Origin: an uncultured Candidatus Sumerlaeota bacterium
Lineage (GTDB): Bacteria > CAYMEV01
Direction of reading: 5' to 3'
DNA: 64,000 nucleotides
NCBI GenBank assembly: GCA_964389675.1
Contig: CAYMEV010000014.1
Span: forward strand, 1-64,000
A model generated the notes under the pieces. It worked only from the letters and a program-made list of their open reading frames with translations. It searched no databases and had not been told where the DNA came from. Positions 19,153 through 28,254 of this stretch are shown here, in pieces. The translations under genes were made by a program, and so were the position numbers. How positions within the stretch are numbered: the stretch's first letter is position 1; every line of letters starts with the position of its first letter.

Positions 19153-19233
19153 AAGGGGGTCTGTGCCTGGCATTCCTAAGACCGCCAAAGTAATGAATAA
19201 CCGGTAGACGGCCCGATTTCAATGCGTTTTTTA

Positions 19234-21342
19234 TTATAGCTGTTCAAAACCCTTAATGGTGATCTCTTTCCGGCTTTTTAACTCCAGATAGTTTTCCTTA
19301 AAAAAAAGCCTGGTGCTGTCAAGACTTATCTCAATCCTGTTTGAGCCCTTTTTGAGCCTGATATTCATCATATCCTTTTTATTTAATGAAATGTTCATAT
19401 CATTGTCATCATAATTATTTTCCGCAGTTAATACAACTTTGTCCTTATTTCGGAAATACCTGTAAGGGAGCTGGTAAGAGAAGCAATCACCTGATTCCTG
19501 GGGGGAAATAACTGCTATAATGCAGTATTCATCAATGGAAATATCGCTTATCAGATTCATTTCGAGCGATCTGTACAAGCTCTTTATCAGGAATTCCCAT
19601 TTATACATCCTGCTGGGCATATCTATCAGGGCATCCTTATGAAAAACAAGGATATATATGCCTCTGTCTCTGAGGTATTTTATGACATCAGCATCTGTTA
19701 AATGAGTGCACATGGTATTATATCCCTGAAGGTAGCCTCTCCTTATTATCTTCAGAGGATCAAAAATTCCGACACCAAAATGGCTGTTGTAAATCTGTTT
19801 ATCATGGAAAATTGTATTCAGTTCATAGATATGCTCCCTGGGCCCTCCATTATAATATGGCAGTTCCAGCACTCCATAGTAATCCGGATATTTTTCAAGG
19901 TATTCATAGCTGGCTTTTTTATTAATTGTAAATCCTTCAGGCCTGCCTACCTGCACAGAACCAGGAAAATTCTCAATGACCAGCAGAACAGCAATAATAT
20001 AAAATGCATTCATATATTTATATTTCGCCCTGCCTTTCCCCAGGAGGCTTAAGCCCATTACAGAAGATATTATCCATATGCTCTGGAACAGCAATTGCAT
20101 GCGTGGTCCCCTCATCCTTCCAAAAAACCCGATGTATTGCGATAGAAAACGGAAAATGTTAATTTCAAACCCGATAAACCTGTATATGCCCTGGAAAAAG
20201 ATTATAAGGCTTACAGCCAGCATCAGGAAAATAAATTTCTCGCCTTTCCCTAAATACTTCCAGCACAGGATTAAGAGAATGACAATGACCATGGATATCA
20301 TAATCAGTCCATGATCAGCATATTCAATCCTCTGCCCGGTGTCCAGGCTTGAATAATTTAATATAATAAAGCCTGCAGCAAGTGTCAGAAACAATAAAAC
20401 AGAAAGCGCCTTTGCTGTTTTCTTATCTGATTTTTTATAAAAGAAGCAGGAGAGTGTGAAGCAGGCTGAAAAACCCAGAAACATCGGGATACTGTCTCCT
20501 GTGGGCTTTGGATGTCCCATTGCCCTTGTCGTAAATAAGGCGATTGAAGGCAGGAGGTTGTCATATCTGAATAATGCCTGAGAATACTGGAATCCAAGAG
20601 GATTTGCAATATAGGGATAAAAAACCACTGCAACTGTGCCGGCTGAAATGATTGCCATGCCGGTGAGAGAAAGCAGGGAGCATAGAGGGATCCTTTTAAT
20701 TATGAATATATAAACAATAACAATGACTGGGATCATAAAAGACAGCATGAAAAAATAGGAGAGGTCGAATAATGCCTGTATAAAGTAGAATAGCCCGAAA
20801 AGCATAAGGTCCCTCTTTCTGTTTTCCTTTAAATATCTGTAGATATAAAGTATGGAAAAGATAGAAAAGCATATGAATAAAAGGTTCAGATGCGGCAGGT
20901 TCTGTTGCTTTATTGGCATTAAAACGAAAATTATGCCTGCCATGATTGATGTATTGTCATTTTCTGATATTTCTTTTGTAAGGAGATATACGGAATACCC
21001 TCCCAAAAAAAAAGAAAGAAAGACCAGAATATTATTCAAAAAGTAAATATTCTCAATGCCAACAAGGCAGAGGGGCAAAACAAGTATTGCCTGGCCAATC
21101 AGCAGAGGTCCTGCTACTGATACATAGCTATAAGGGTAATAGGAGGGATAGTGGTATATATTATTAAAATCAAGGCTCCTAAGAGATTTCAGGCAATTTG
21201 AAAGCAGGCTTAAATTAAGGTGGCTGTCATAATTACCGTTAAATGAAATAGATGTGTGAAAAGCAGTCAGCAGAAAATGAAGTGATATAAATGAAAAAAG
21301 CAGGAAAATAAATAAAGCCTTTAGATTACTTCTATCTTTCAT
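19234..21342 (-). CDS. Polytopic membrane protein, GT-C glycosyltransferase/YfhO-like
   Basis: About 12 hydrophobic segments, an N-terminal loop (DSHLNL...YHYPSYYPY), GGYSVYLL, and a C-terminal soluble domain beginning VLELP. Confidence 0.55.
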   Translation of the reverse strand: MKDRSNLKALFIFLLFSFISLHFLLTAFHTSISFNGNYDSHLNLSLLSNCLKSLRSLDFNNIYHYPSYYPYSYVSVAGPLLIGQAILVLPLCLVGIENIYFLNNILVFLSFFLGGYSVYLLTKEISENDNTSIMAGIIFVLMPIKQQNLPHLNLLFICFSIFSILYIYRYLKENRKRDLMLFGLFYFIQALFDLSYFFMLSFMIPVIVIVYIFIIKRIPLCSLLSLTGMAIISAGTVAVVFYPYIANPLGFQYSQALFRYDNLLPSIALFTTRAMGHPKPTGDSIPMFLGFSACFTLSCFFYKKSDKKTAKALSVLLFLTLAAGFIILNYSSLDTGQRIEYADHGLIMISMVIVILLILCWKYLGKGEKFIFLMLAVSLIIFFQGIYRFIGFEINIFRFLSQYIGFFGRMRGPRMQLLFQSIWIISSVMGLSLLGKGRAKYKYMNAFYIIAVLLVIENFPGSVQVGRPEGFTINKKASYEYLEKYPDYYGVLELPYYNGGPREHIYELNTIFHDKQIYNSHFGVGIFDPLKIIRRGYLQGYNTMCTHLTDADVIKYLRDRGIYILVFHKDALIDMPSRMYKWEFLIKSLYRSLEMNLISDISIDEYCIIAVISPQESGDCFSYQLPYRYFRNKDKVVLTAENNYDDNDMNISLNKKDMMNIRLKKGSNRIEISLDSTRLFFKENYLELKSRKEITIKGFEQL

Positions 21343-21645
21343 ATAGATTGCCTGATATTTTTATTATTCTCAGCCATTCATCCAAACCTGTTTTAGAAAA
21401 TCTTTATCTTAGTTATGTGTTATGTCCAGATTTTTAAAACCGGTACTCCACCAGGAGGGCTCCTTTATAATATATGTTGTATCCTGTTGCATTATTAAAA
21501 GAATTATCTTCATAAATCTCAAAATTTATATTAAATAAATCCATAATTTCTTTGTTTATTTTATTTTTTAATGTAAATATGCAAAGACGATATATGGTAT
21601 TTTACATTTAAATCTATAGACAAATTATATTATAGGAGCATATAC

Positions 21646-22776
21646 ATGAGACTGATAACTTTGAACAGCATCATAATTATTATTATCGCTGCTGCATGCT
21701 TTATCTTTATCAGCTGCAGTTCTGGTTCAGATGGAGGCCCTCCAGCACCCGATCTTGCACCGCCTTATCTGTTATATCCGGTTAATGGCCTGAAAATGTC
21801 CTTAAGAAAGCCATATTTTGAATTTAAGCACACAAATACAGAAATAGACGGAATATATTATGATTTCACGCTCTCTTCCTCCAGTTCATTCTCGGATATT
21901 ATTTATTACCAGGATAATATCTATCCCGGGTATGCAACATACCGTGTAGATCTGCCCATTGAGCTGGAACAGGGGAGAGTATATTTTTACAAATCTACAG
22001 CCAGGGTTATAGGTTTTGATGAATTTGCAGATTCAGCAATATATAGCATCTATATAGAGTTTATTGGAAACAATATCCAGAATCTTTTCATGTGTGCAGG
22101 CGACAGCATTACAAGTGATTTCCCCGGACAGAACTATCCCAGCTTTTTGCAGGAGTATCTGATGTCCTATTTCGGGGATACTGCACGGACTATTAATGAA
22201 GGTATACCAGGAAGTTTCAGCTATGAGCTGGAATCAATAATGAACCTTCTGCTTTATGGAAATACTCCTGCTTACTCAATTATTCTGATAGGGGTTAATG
22301 ATATCAGGTATCCGGCAAATTGCCCGGACCCCTATAATTGCGACACTTTCCAGAATATCAAGGACATTGTCAATACCTGTATCATTAACAGCAGTATTCC
22401 TGTGGTATGTACATTGATCCCTGCTGTGGGCTATAGCGGGACCCTTTTTGATGAGCAAATTAGAGCCTTAAATGAATCATTAAAGAGTTACTGCGCAGGT
22501 TCCGGTATTGATTTGATCGATCTCTATGGTGCTGTTATGGGTTATAGCGGGGATATCATGGAATTATACGTGGATGACATCCATCCAAGTGTTGCAGGCC
22601 ATAATTATATTGCATCTGTGATGTTTGAATATTTTAAGAACAGGTCCGTCAACAGCAGTCAAAACCTCAGCACAGGAAGAAACAGCTGGAAAAAAGCAGA
22701 TTCCGGACCTGAGAAATTTGGACAGAAAAAGAACAGGATATTCAATAAGGGCCTTCCTCTCATCGGCAGGAGATAG
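21646..22776 (+). CDS. SGNH/GDSL hydrolase lipoprotein
   Basis: Lipobox-like FISC. Block I AGDSIT, block II NEGIPG, block III IGVND, block V DDIHP. Confidence 0.85.
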   Translation: MRLITLNSIIIIIIAAACFIFISCSSGSDGGPPAPDLAPPYLLYPVNGLKMSLRKPYFEFKHTNTEIDGIYYDFTLSSSSSFSDIIYYQDNIYPGYATYRVDLPIELEQGRVYFYKSTARVIGFDEFADSAIYSIYIEFIGNNIQNLFMCAGDSITSDFPGQNYPSFLQEYLMSYFGDTARTINEGIPGSFSYELESIMNLLLYGNTPAYSIILIGVNDIRYPANCPDPYNCDTFQNIKDIVNTCIINSSIPVVCTLIPAVGYSGTLFDEQIRALNESLKSYCAGSGIDLIDLYGAVMGYSGDIMELYVDDIHPSVAGHNYIASVMFEYFKNRSVNSSQNLSTGRNSWKKADSGPEKFGQKKNRIFNKGLPLIGRR

Positions 22777-22860
22777 AGTTATTCTCTGTTTTGAAACATC
22801 GTGTTCTTAAGGATCTCTCTTAAAAGATATCAGAAATGCTGTTTTTTATTATATTTTTCC

Positions 22861-23898
22861 TTAAAGAAGGTCCCTGATTTTTAAAAAATCCTTTACAAAT
22901 TCAAATGCATTTACCAGGTCATCTTTTCTGACCGATGAGATTGCAGAATGTATGGATCTGCACGGGGCTGAAACTGTAAGAGAATATGCATCAATGCCCA
23001 GCCTCTGGACACCTGCAGCATTAGTACTCCCGAATATCGGCCTTTTATAATGCCACATGGCTTTTGTCTTCATAGCATCTATTTTTTTCTTCATCCTGGA
23101 GGAGAGGATGCTGTTCTGGTCGGCGATCGTAATGCAGGGCCCCTGTCCCGGATAGCATGGTGTAAGATTATCAGGAAGATTAGGAAGGTCAGAACCGGTC
23201 GTTCCTTCAAGCGCTATCACCAGATCTGGCTTGACCCTGTTTAAGACCTTCATTATGCCTATGAGGCCGTATTCCTCCTGGACAGAGAATGAAAAATAGA
23301 GATTGTACCTGCTTTTTTCCCTGAAAAAGTGCTCTGCAAGGTTAAGCAGGACAAAACAGCCTGCCCTGTCATCGAGAGCTTTTGCAAAAACAGATCTGTC
23401 CTGCTCAAAGGATTGAGTGTCAAATACTCCCGGATCACCTATCTCAAGCCCCAGGTTATTTACTGCTTCTTCTTTGCTTATGGCCCCGACATCAATGAAA
23501 AGGTCCTGGAAGGATAAATCCTTTGATGAGTTCTGATATTTCACTATATGTATAGGTATTGTGGAGACTATTCCCCTTACCAGGTCGCCCTTCCTGTTTT
23601 TGAATACTATCTTGTGCCCGAGGCTGTTCTTTGCAAAAAGGCCTCCCAGCGGAAGAACCTGGATATACCCGCTTTTTGTGATGTTATTTATTATAAAGCC
23701 GCATTCATCAGTATGGGCATCTATAAGTACCCTTGGCATATTTTTCTCGCCGGGCATTTCAATAATTATATTATTTGCCCTGTCGATAAAAGGGCTGCAT
23801 TCTTTCAGCCTGCCACCTATATAGGATACAACGTCATCTTCAAATCCCGGCGGCCCGAACAGGTCACAAAGTTCTTTCAAAATTGAAAAATCAAGCAT
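22861..23898 (-). CDS. M42-family (TET-like) metallo-aminopeptidase
   Basis: GPPGFE, DAHTDE, FIDVGA, ALDDRAG, VQEEYG, RSIHS metal ligands. Confidence 0.88.
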   Translation of the reverse strand: MLDFSILKELCDLFGPPGFEDDVVSYIGGRLKECSPFIDRANNIIIEMPGEKNMPRVLIDAHTDECGFIINNITKSGYIQVLPLGGLFAKNSLGHKIVFKNRKGDLVRGIVSTIPIHIVKYQNSSKDLSFQDLFIDVGAISKEEAVNNLGLEIGDPGVFDTQSFEQDRSVFAKALDDRAGCFVLLNLAEHFFREKSRYNLYFSFSVQEEYGLIGIMKVLNRVKPDLVIALEGTTGSDLPNLPDNLTPCYPGQGPCITIADQNSILSSRMKKKIDAMKTKAMWHYKRPIFGSTNAAGVQRLGIDAYSLTVSAPCRSIHSAISSVRKDDLVNAFEFVKDFLKIRDLL

Positions 23899-23913
23899 AA
23901 TAAAATACTCCTT

Positions 23914-25314
23914 TCAGCTTTTATGAGATTTTATATTCTTTAATCTGGACCAGAGAGGCCCCTTTGAACCGAATTTTCTAAGATGGATCAATTTTTCCGG
24001 GTAGTAGTTTATCTTTAATGAGGGGATTATCCACCTTGAATCCTCCTTAGCCAGGGTGCTGAATTTCTCTGAAGCGTAAGCCATGATATCATCATTAATA
24101 AAGAAAAATGGTTTAAGCAGGCTGTCCCGTTCAGAGACAAGCCCTTTTTCAGCGCAGTAGCTGTAAAGCCTGGTGTTCGGATAGACCCTTATTCCAAGCA
24201 TAACAGCAATAGCATCGGGGGATAATTTTTGTATGAAGCCGATGCTTTCGTCTATTGTTCTTCTGGTTTCAGCGGGAGAGCCAATAAGAAGATAAAACAT
24301 TGTCTTGATCCCCAGGGAATCGGAAAGGTGCTTTGCCCTTTCTATGTGTTTTATGTTAAAACCCTTTTCAAGGCTTTCAAGAATAGCATCTGAACCGGAT
24401 TCTACGCCAAATTCAACCTCGGTACACCCTGTATCCCTTGTCAGCTCAAGAAACTCTTCATCAACAAACCTGGGATTAAAAAAGCCTGTCCACCTTATCT
24501 TGATTCCGGATCTTTTCAGGCATCGGAGAAAATCCTTTGTCTCCTCAAGGGGGTAATTGAAAATACTGTCAACAAAGTAAAAATAATCGAAATTAAACCT
24601 GGACTTCAGATAACCAATTTCCTCTATTACACTGGATGAAGTCCTTATCCTCAGGTGTTTTCCGTCAATATCCGGGTAAGTGCAGTATATGCATTTGAAA
24701 GGGCATCCTCTTTTTATCTGTATGCTTATCATTCCTCCAGTTTTTATATAGGGCTCTGTAAGCCTAATATCCCTTTTCGGCCATGATTCAGAAAAGCTTT
24801 TATTGATCTGGGGATTATTTCCCTGCCCCTGAATTATCCTGTTCTTGCTGTCGCGGGTATAGATATTTGGAATTTTTTCAAGAAGAGCATTATCCCGGAT
24901 ATTCTTAAGCGCTGTCAAAAGGACCTGCTCACCCTCACCCTTTATTCCGTAATCTGCACCGCAGTATTTGAGCATTTCCCGGGGAAATATGGAATAACCG
25001 CTTCCTCCAAGGATAACTGGTGCTCTGGAAATATTCTTTATTTTACCTACTATATCCCTGATTTCGTCTATATATGATACCGTGGAAGGATAGAGAATAT
25101 TGTCTATATTCCGTATTGAAACACCCACAGCTGTGTATTCATTTTCTGCAAGGCAGCTTCTAAGCTGGGGTTCATAATCCCTGTCAAGGTAAAGGTCTAT
25201 GATATCTACGCCTATATTATTCTTTTCAAGATAGTCCTTTATATAAAATACACCCAGAGGCATGACAGGGTAAGGCGATATTTCGTAATTAAAGGATATG
25301 AGCAAAAATCTCAT
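23914..25314 (-). CDS. B12-binding radical SAM protein, resembling the lipid-biosynthesis-associated family
   Basis: LLISFNYEISPYPVMPLG, GVSIRNIDN, GGSGYS, IQIKRGCPFKCIYCTYP, FVDSIFNYP, GIRVYPNT. Confidence 0.85.
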   Translation of the reverse strand: MRFLLISFNYEISPYPVMPLGVFYIKDYLEKNNIGVDIIDLYLDRDYEPQLRSCLAENEYTAVGVSIRNIDNILYPSTVSYIDEIRDIVGKIKNISRAPVILGGSGYSIFPREMLKYCGADYGIKGEGEQVLLTALKNIRDNALLEKIPNIYTRDSKNRIIQGQGNNPQINKSFSESWPKRDIRLTEPYIKTGGMISIQIKRGCPFKCIYCTYPDIDGKHLRIRTSSSVIEEIGYLKSRFNFDYFYFVDSIFNYPLEETKDFLRCLKRSGIKIRWTGFFNPRFVDEEFLELTRDTGCTEVEFGVESGSDAILESLEKGFNIKHIERAKHLSDSLGIKTMFYLLIGSPAETRRTIDESIGFIQKLSPDAIAVMLGIRVYPNTRLYSYCAEKGLVSERDSLLKPFFFINDDIMAYASEKFSTLAKEDSRWIIPSLKINYYPEKLIHLRKFGSKGPLWSRLKNIKSHKS

Positions 25315-25339
25315 TATAAAACGCCTTCAGGCACTTTTT

Positions 25340-26641
25340 TCAGATTCCTTTCCGGATTTTGGAATCATAATAGGGTTTTGACCTGTTCCATGCCATTCTG
25401 AATCCAATATTTTGAGGGAGGAATATCTGCAGGCTTCTGTTCAGCTTGAATAATCTGCGAAATAAAGAAGAGAATGAATAGATCTGGCTGTTTATCTGAT
25501 TGAACATTTCCTGCAGTTTTTCCGCTGATATTGATTTCGGCTGGAATACAACGGTATTCATATCATAATCATCCCAGTTATATGAAATTATTCTCTTTTC
25601 CTCCTCCATCCTGTCATGTATTCTTGTTCCAGGAAACGGCGTAAGGATAGAAAAAAGAAGCGCATCCATCTTTGTCCTGTTGACAAATCTGTACACCTTG
25701 TCGAAACTGCTTTCGGTATCATTGTCATAACCGAAGATGAATGAGCCCTGTATCCCTATGCCTTTATCCTGTATCTTTTTGATCTTTTCTTCATATGAGC
25801 TTATCCTGTTGAATTGCTTTCCCATTAATTTCAGATTTTCATCATTCAATGATTCAAATCCGATAAAAAGCCCCATGCATCCGCTTTTCCTGGCATATTC
25901 AAGAAGCTCATCATCATCAGCTATCTTTATGGAACTCTGGGAAAGCCATTTTATTTTAAGGGGTATCAGTGATTTAAAAAGCGACTTCGCATATTCCTTG
26001 TCCCCTGTAATATTATCATCAACAAAAAAAATGAATCTCGAGTGTTCATTATCAAGCTCCCTGATAACATGCTCTATGCCCTTTTTTCTGTAAGTCCTTC
26101 CGAAAAAAGGTGTTACAGAGCAGAATTCACAGTCAAAAGGACATCCTCTTGTGGTCTGGAGTGTCCCTTTGAAAAAATATTTTCTGGATAAAAGCTCTTT
26201 TCTGGGCAGGGGAAGACCGTCCAGACTGCAGAAGGATTCAGTTTTATAGACAGGCTGAAGGCTGTTCTTCTCGATATCTGAGATCATTCGATGAATATAG
26301 CCCTCGCATTCGCCTACTGCTACTGAATCAGCATGCTGAGATGCTTCTGAAGGTTTTATGGAAGCATGTATCCCGCCAAGTATGACTTTTGAACCCTTGT
26401 TTCTGTATATATCAGCTATTTCATAACCCCTTACGGCATTTGGTGTCAGTATTGAAATTCCCACAATATCAAAATCCTGGCTGAAATCAATCTCCTCTAT
26501 ATTCTCATCAAAGATTTTTACCTCATATTGTGCCGGGAAGAACGATGAGATTGTAGGCAATGAAAGGTACGGGAATTTAAATGGATTATTGGCCCAGAAT
26601 CCTGATCTCTTCCATTTAGGAATGATTAAGGCTATTTTCAT
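25340..26641 (-). CDS. B12-binding radical SAM protein (BchE/class B methyltransferase-like)
   Basis: GGIHAS, VGECE, QTTRGCPFDCEFC, FVDDNI, FIGFES, LTPFPGT. Confidence 0.9.
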   Translation of the reverse strand: MKIALIIPKWKRSGFWANNPFKFPYLSLPTISSFFPAQYEVKIFDENIEEIDFSQDFDIVGISILTPNAVRGYEIADIYRNKGSKVILGGIHASIKPSEASQHADSVAVGECEGYIHRMISDIEKNSLQPVYKTESFCSLDGLPLPRKELLSRKYFFKGTLQTTRGCPFDCEFCSVTPFFGRTYRKKGIEHVIRELDNEHSRFIFFVDDNITGDKEYAKSLFKSLIPLKIKWLSQSSIKIADDDELLEYARKSGCMGLFIGFESLNDENLKLMGKQFNRISSYEEKIKKIQDKGIGIQGSFIFGYDNDTESSFDKVYRFVNRTKMDALLFSILTPFPGTRIHDRMEEEKRIISYNWDDYDMNTVVFQPKSISAEKLQEMFNQINSQIYSFSSLFRRLFKLNRSLQIFLPQNIGFRMAWNRSKPYYDSKIRKGI

Positions 26642-26727
26642 ATATTATCCTGGATACTGCCTTTTCTTATTATCATATCCGGTGAGTATAAATTAATCCA
26701 TACAAAATGAGAAGAGAAAAAAATTGG

Positions 26728-26755
26728 TTTACAAATTGGCTGCATTTCATAGAAT
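26728..26755 (+). promoter_or_regulatory. Putative sigma70-type promoter of the AMP-binding protein operon
   Basis: TTTACA(26728-33)-N16-TAGAAT(26750-55), 20 nt before ATG 26776. Confidence 0.4.
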
Positions 26756-26775
26756 AAAGAAAAATATAAGGATAA

Positions 26776-28254
26776 ATGATAATGAATATATCAAAGGTCA
26801 TATACTGGGCTGAAAGGAGATATGGAGATAATACAGCCCTTATCTACAATGATTCTGAGATCAGTTTCCATAAGCTCAGGGAGAATACAGAAAAATATAT
26901 TCATTATTTCTCTCTGCTGGATCTTGACAGGAAAAAGCCGATAGCGGTCAGCCTTCCCAATATTCCGGAATTTATCTATATAACCATGGCACTAAACAGC
27001 CTTGGCATACCTGTAATACTTACCAATACTGCCATATCAAGTATGGAGCTTTCCTATATACTTGAGGATTCAGGGGCTGAAATGCTCATATCCTACAGGA
27101 TACCGGAAGATTATGCCAGAAGGGTATCAGCATTAGCAGCACATTCAGGAAAGAATATAAAATTTATTGATATAAGGGAACCGTCTGTTATGGACCCGGG
27201 TTCTCTACTGACTGATTATATTGAAAGGCTGGAGCCGAAAAAGGTCTTTATTCCGCTGAAAGACCCATGCTCTTCTGTAATAATATATACATCCGGCGAA
27301 GAGGGCTATCTCATGGGAGCGTCCCTTTCATATTCAAACCTGATGTCAAACATCCTTGTTACAAGGGAATATATGAGCCTTACCATGAATGATGTCTTAT
27401 TTTCACTCCTGCCCTTTTATCATGCATTCGGATTTTCAAACACCCTGCTTACAGGCCTGCTGGAAGGCTCAAAACAGCTTCTTATTGACAGGTACAGGAC
27501 ATCCCAGATACTTGAATTCATACAGAAATACAGAATTACCAGGATTCAGAGTGTCCCCATGATGTTTTACACCATATTCAATCACAGGCATATCGACAGG
27601 TATGATATAAGCTCCCTGAAGAAATGCATTTCAGGCGGTTCGCCTATGGATGCAGAATTTCAGAAGTATGTCAATGAAAAGTATCAGATAGGCATCCACC
27701 AGGGCTTTGGTATTACAGAGGCATCTGCAGCTGTTACCTTTAATTTCCTGGATGAGGATATTGTATACGGGTCCTGCGGCAAAATTCTCCCAATATTCAA
27801 ATCCAAGATAGTTGATGAAACAGGCAGGGTCTTAAGGGCCGGAGAAACAGGGGAGATGCATATTAAGGGCCCAAGCATCACAGACAGGTATATTGGCAGG
27901 TTTTCAGACTGCAGGGACAGGTTTGCTGAAGACGGCTGGTTTAAAACAGGGGATTATTTTATGATTGATAAGGAAGGAAACCATTTTTTTAAGGGGCTCA
28001 AAAAGAATATGTACCTGGTCGGGGGCTATAATGTATATCCCAGGGAAGTGGAAAGGATAATAGCAATGATTGAAGGGGTTGAGAAGGCCAGGGTATATTC
28101 TGCAGAAAAAGACAGCAAGGGAAACTACATAATATCTGCAGACATAACCATAAAAGGATCGGCTGAAAAAGAGGGTATCTTCAGGGAAATCTGCACATTA
28201 TTATCACCATATAAAATTCCATCAAGGATAGAATGGATAGTAAAAAATGATTAA
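26776..28254 (+). CDS. AMP-binding (ANL superfamily) acyl-CoA-ligase-like protein with degenerate motifs
   Basis: IIYTSG, LPFYHAFG, SGGSP, QGFGITEAS, GWFKTGD, NVYPREVE, YKIP. The P-loop, the A8 Arg and the A10 Lys deviate from consensus. Confidence 0.82.
   Translation: MIMNISKVIYWAERRYGDNTALIYNDSEISFHKLRENTEKYIHYFSLLDLDRKKPIAVSLPNIPEFIYITMALNSLGIPVILTNTAISSMELSYILEDSGAEMLISYRIPEDYARRVSALAAHSGKNIKFIDIREPSVMDPGSLLTDYIERLEPKKVFIPLKDPCSSVIIYTSGEEGYLMGASLSYSNLMSNILVTREYMSLTMNDVLFSLLPFYHAFGFSNTLLTGLLEGSKQLLIDRYRTSQILEFIQKYRITRIQSVPMMFYTIFNHRHIDRYDISSLKKCISGGSPMDAEFQKYVNEKYQIGIHQGFGITEASAAVTFNFLDEDIVYGSCGKILPIFKSKIVDETGRVLRAGETGEMHIKGPSITDRYIGRFSDCRDRFAEDGWFKTGDYFMIDKEGNHFFKGLKKNMYLVGGYNVYPREVERIIAMIEGVEKARVYSAEKDSKGNYIISADITIKGSAEKEGIFREICTLLSPYKIPSRIEWIVKND

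Noticed and set aside
21409..21513. 34-aa minus-strand ORF MKIILLIMQQDTTYIIKEPSWWSTGFKNLDITHN as a RiPP precursor
   Set aside because: No SD and no distinctive core motif. An ORF this short is expected by chance in a 300-bp AT-rich gap.
26642..26775. Cobalamin riboswitch upstream of the B12-radical SAM genes
   Set aside because: Too short, and no B12-box or GGGAA...GCCACTG elements seen.
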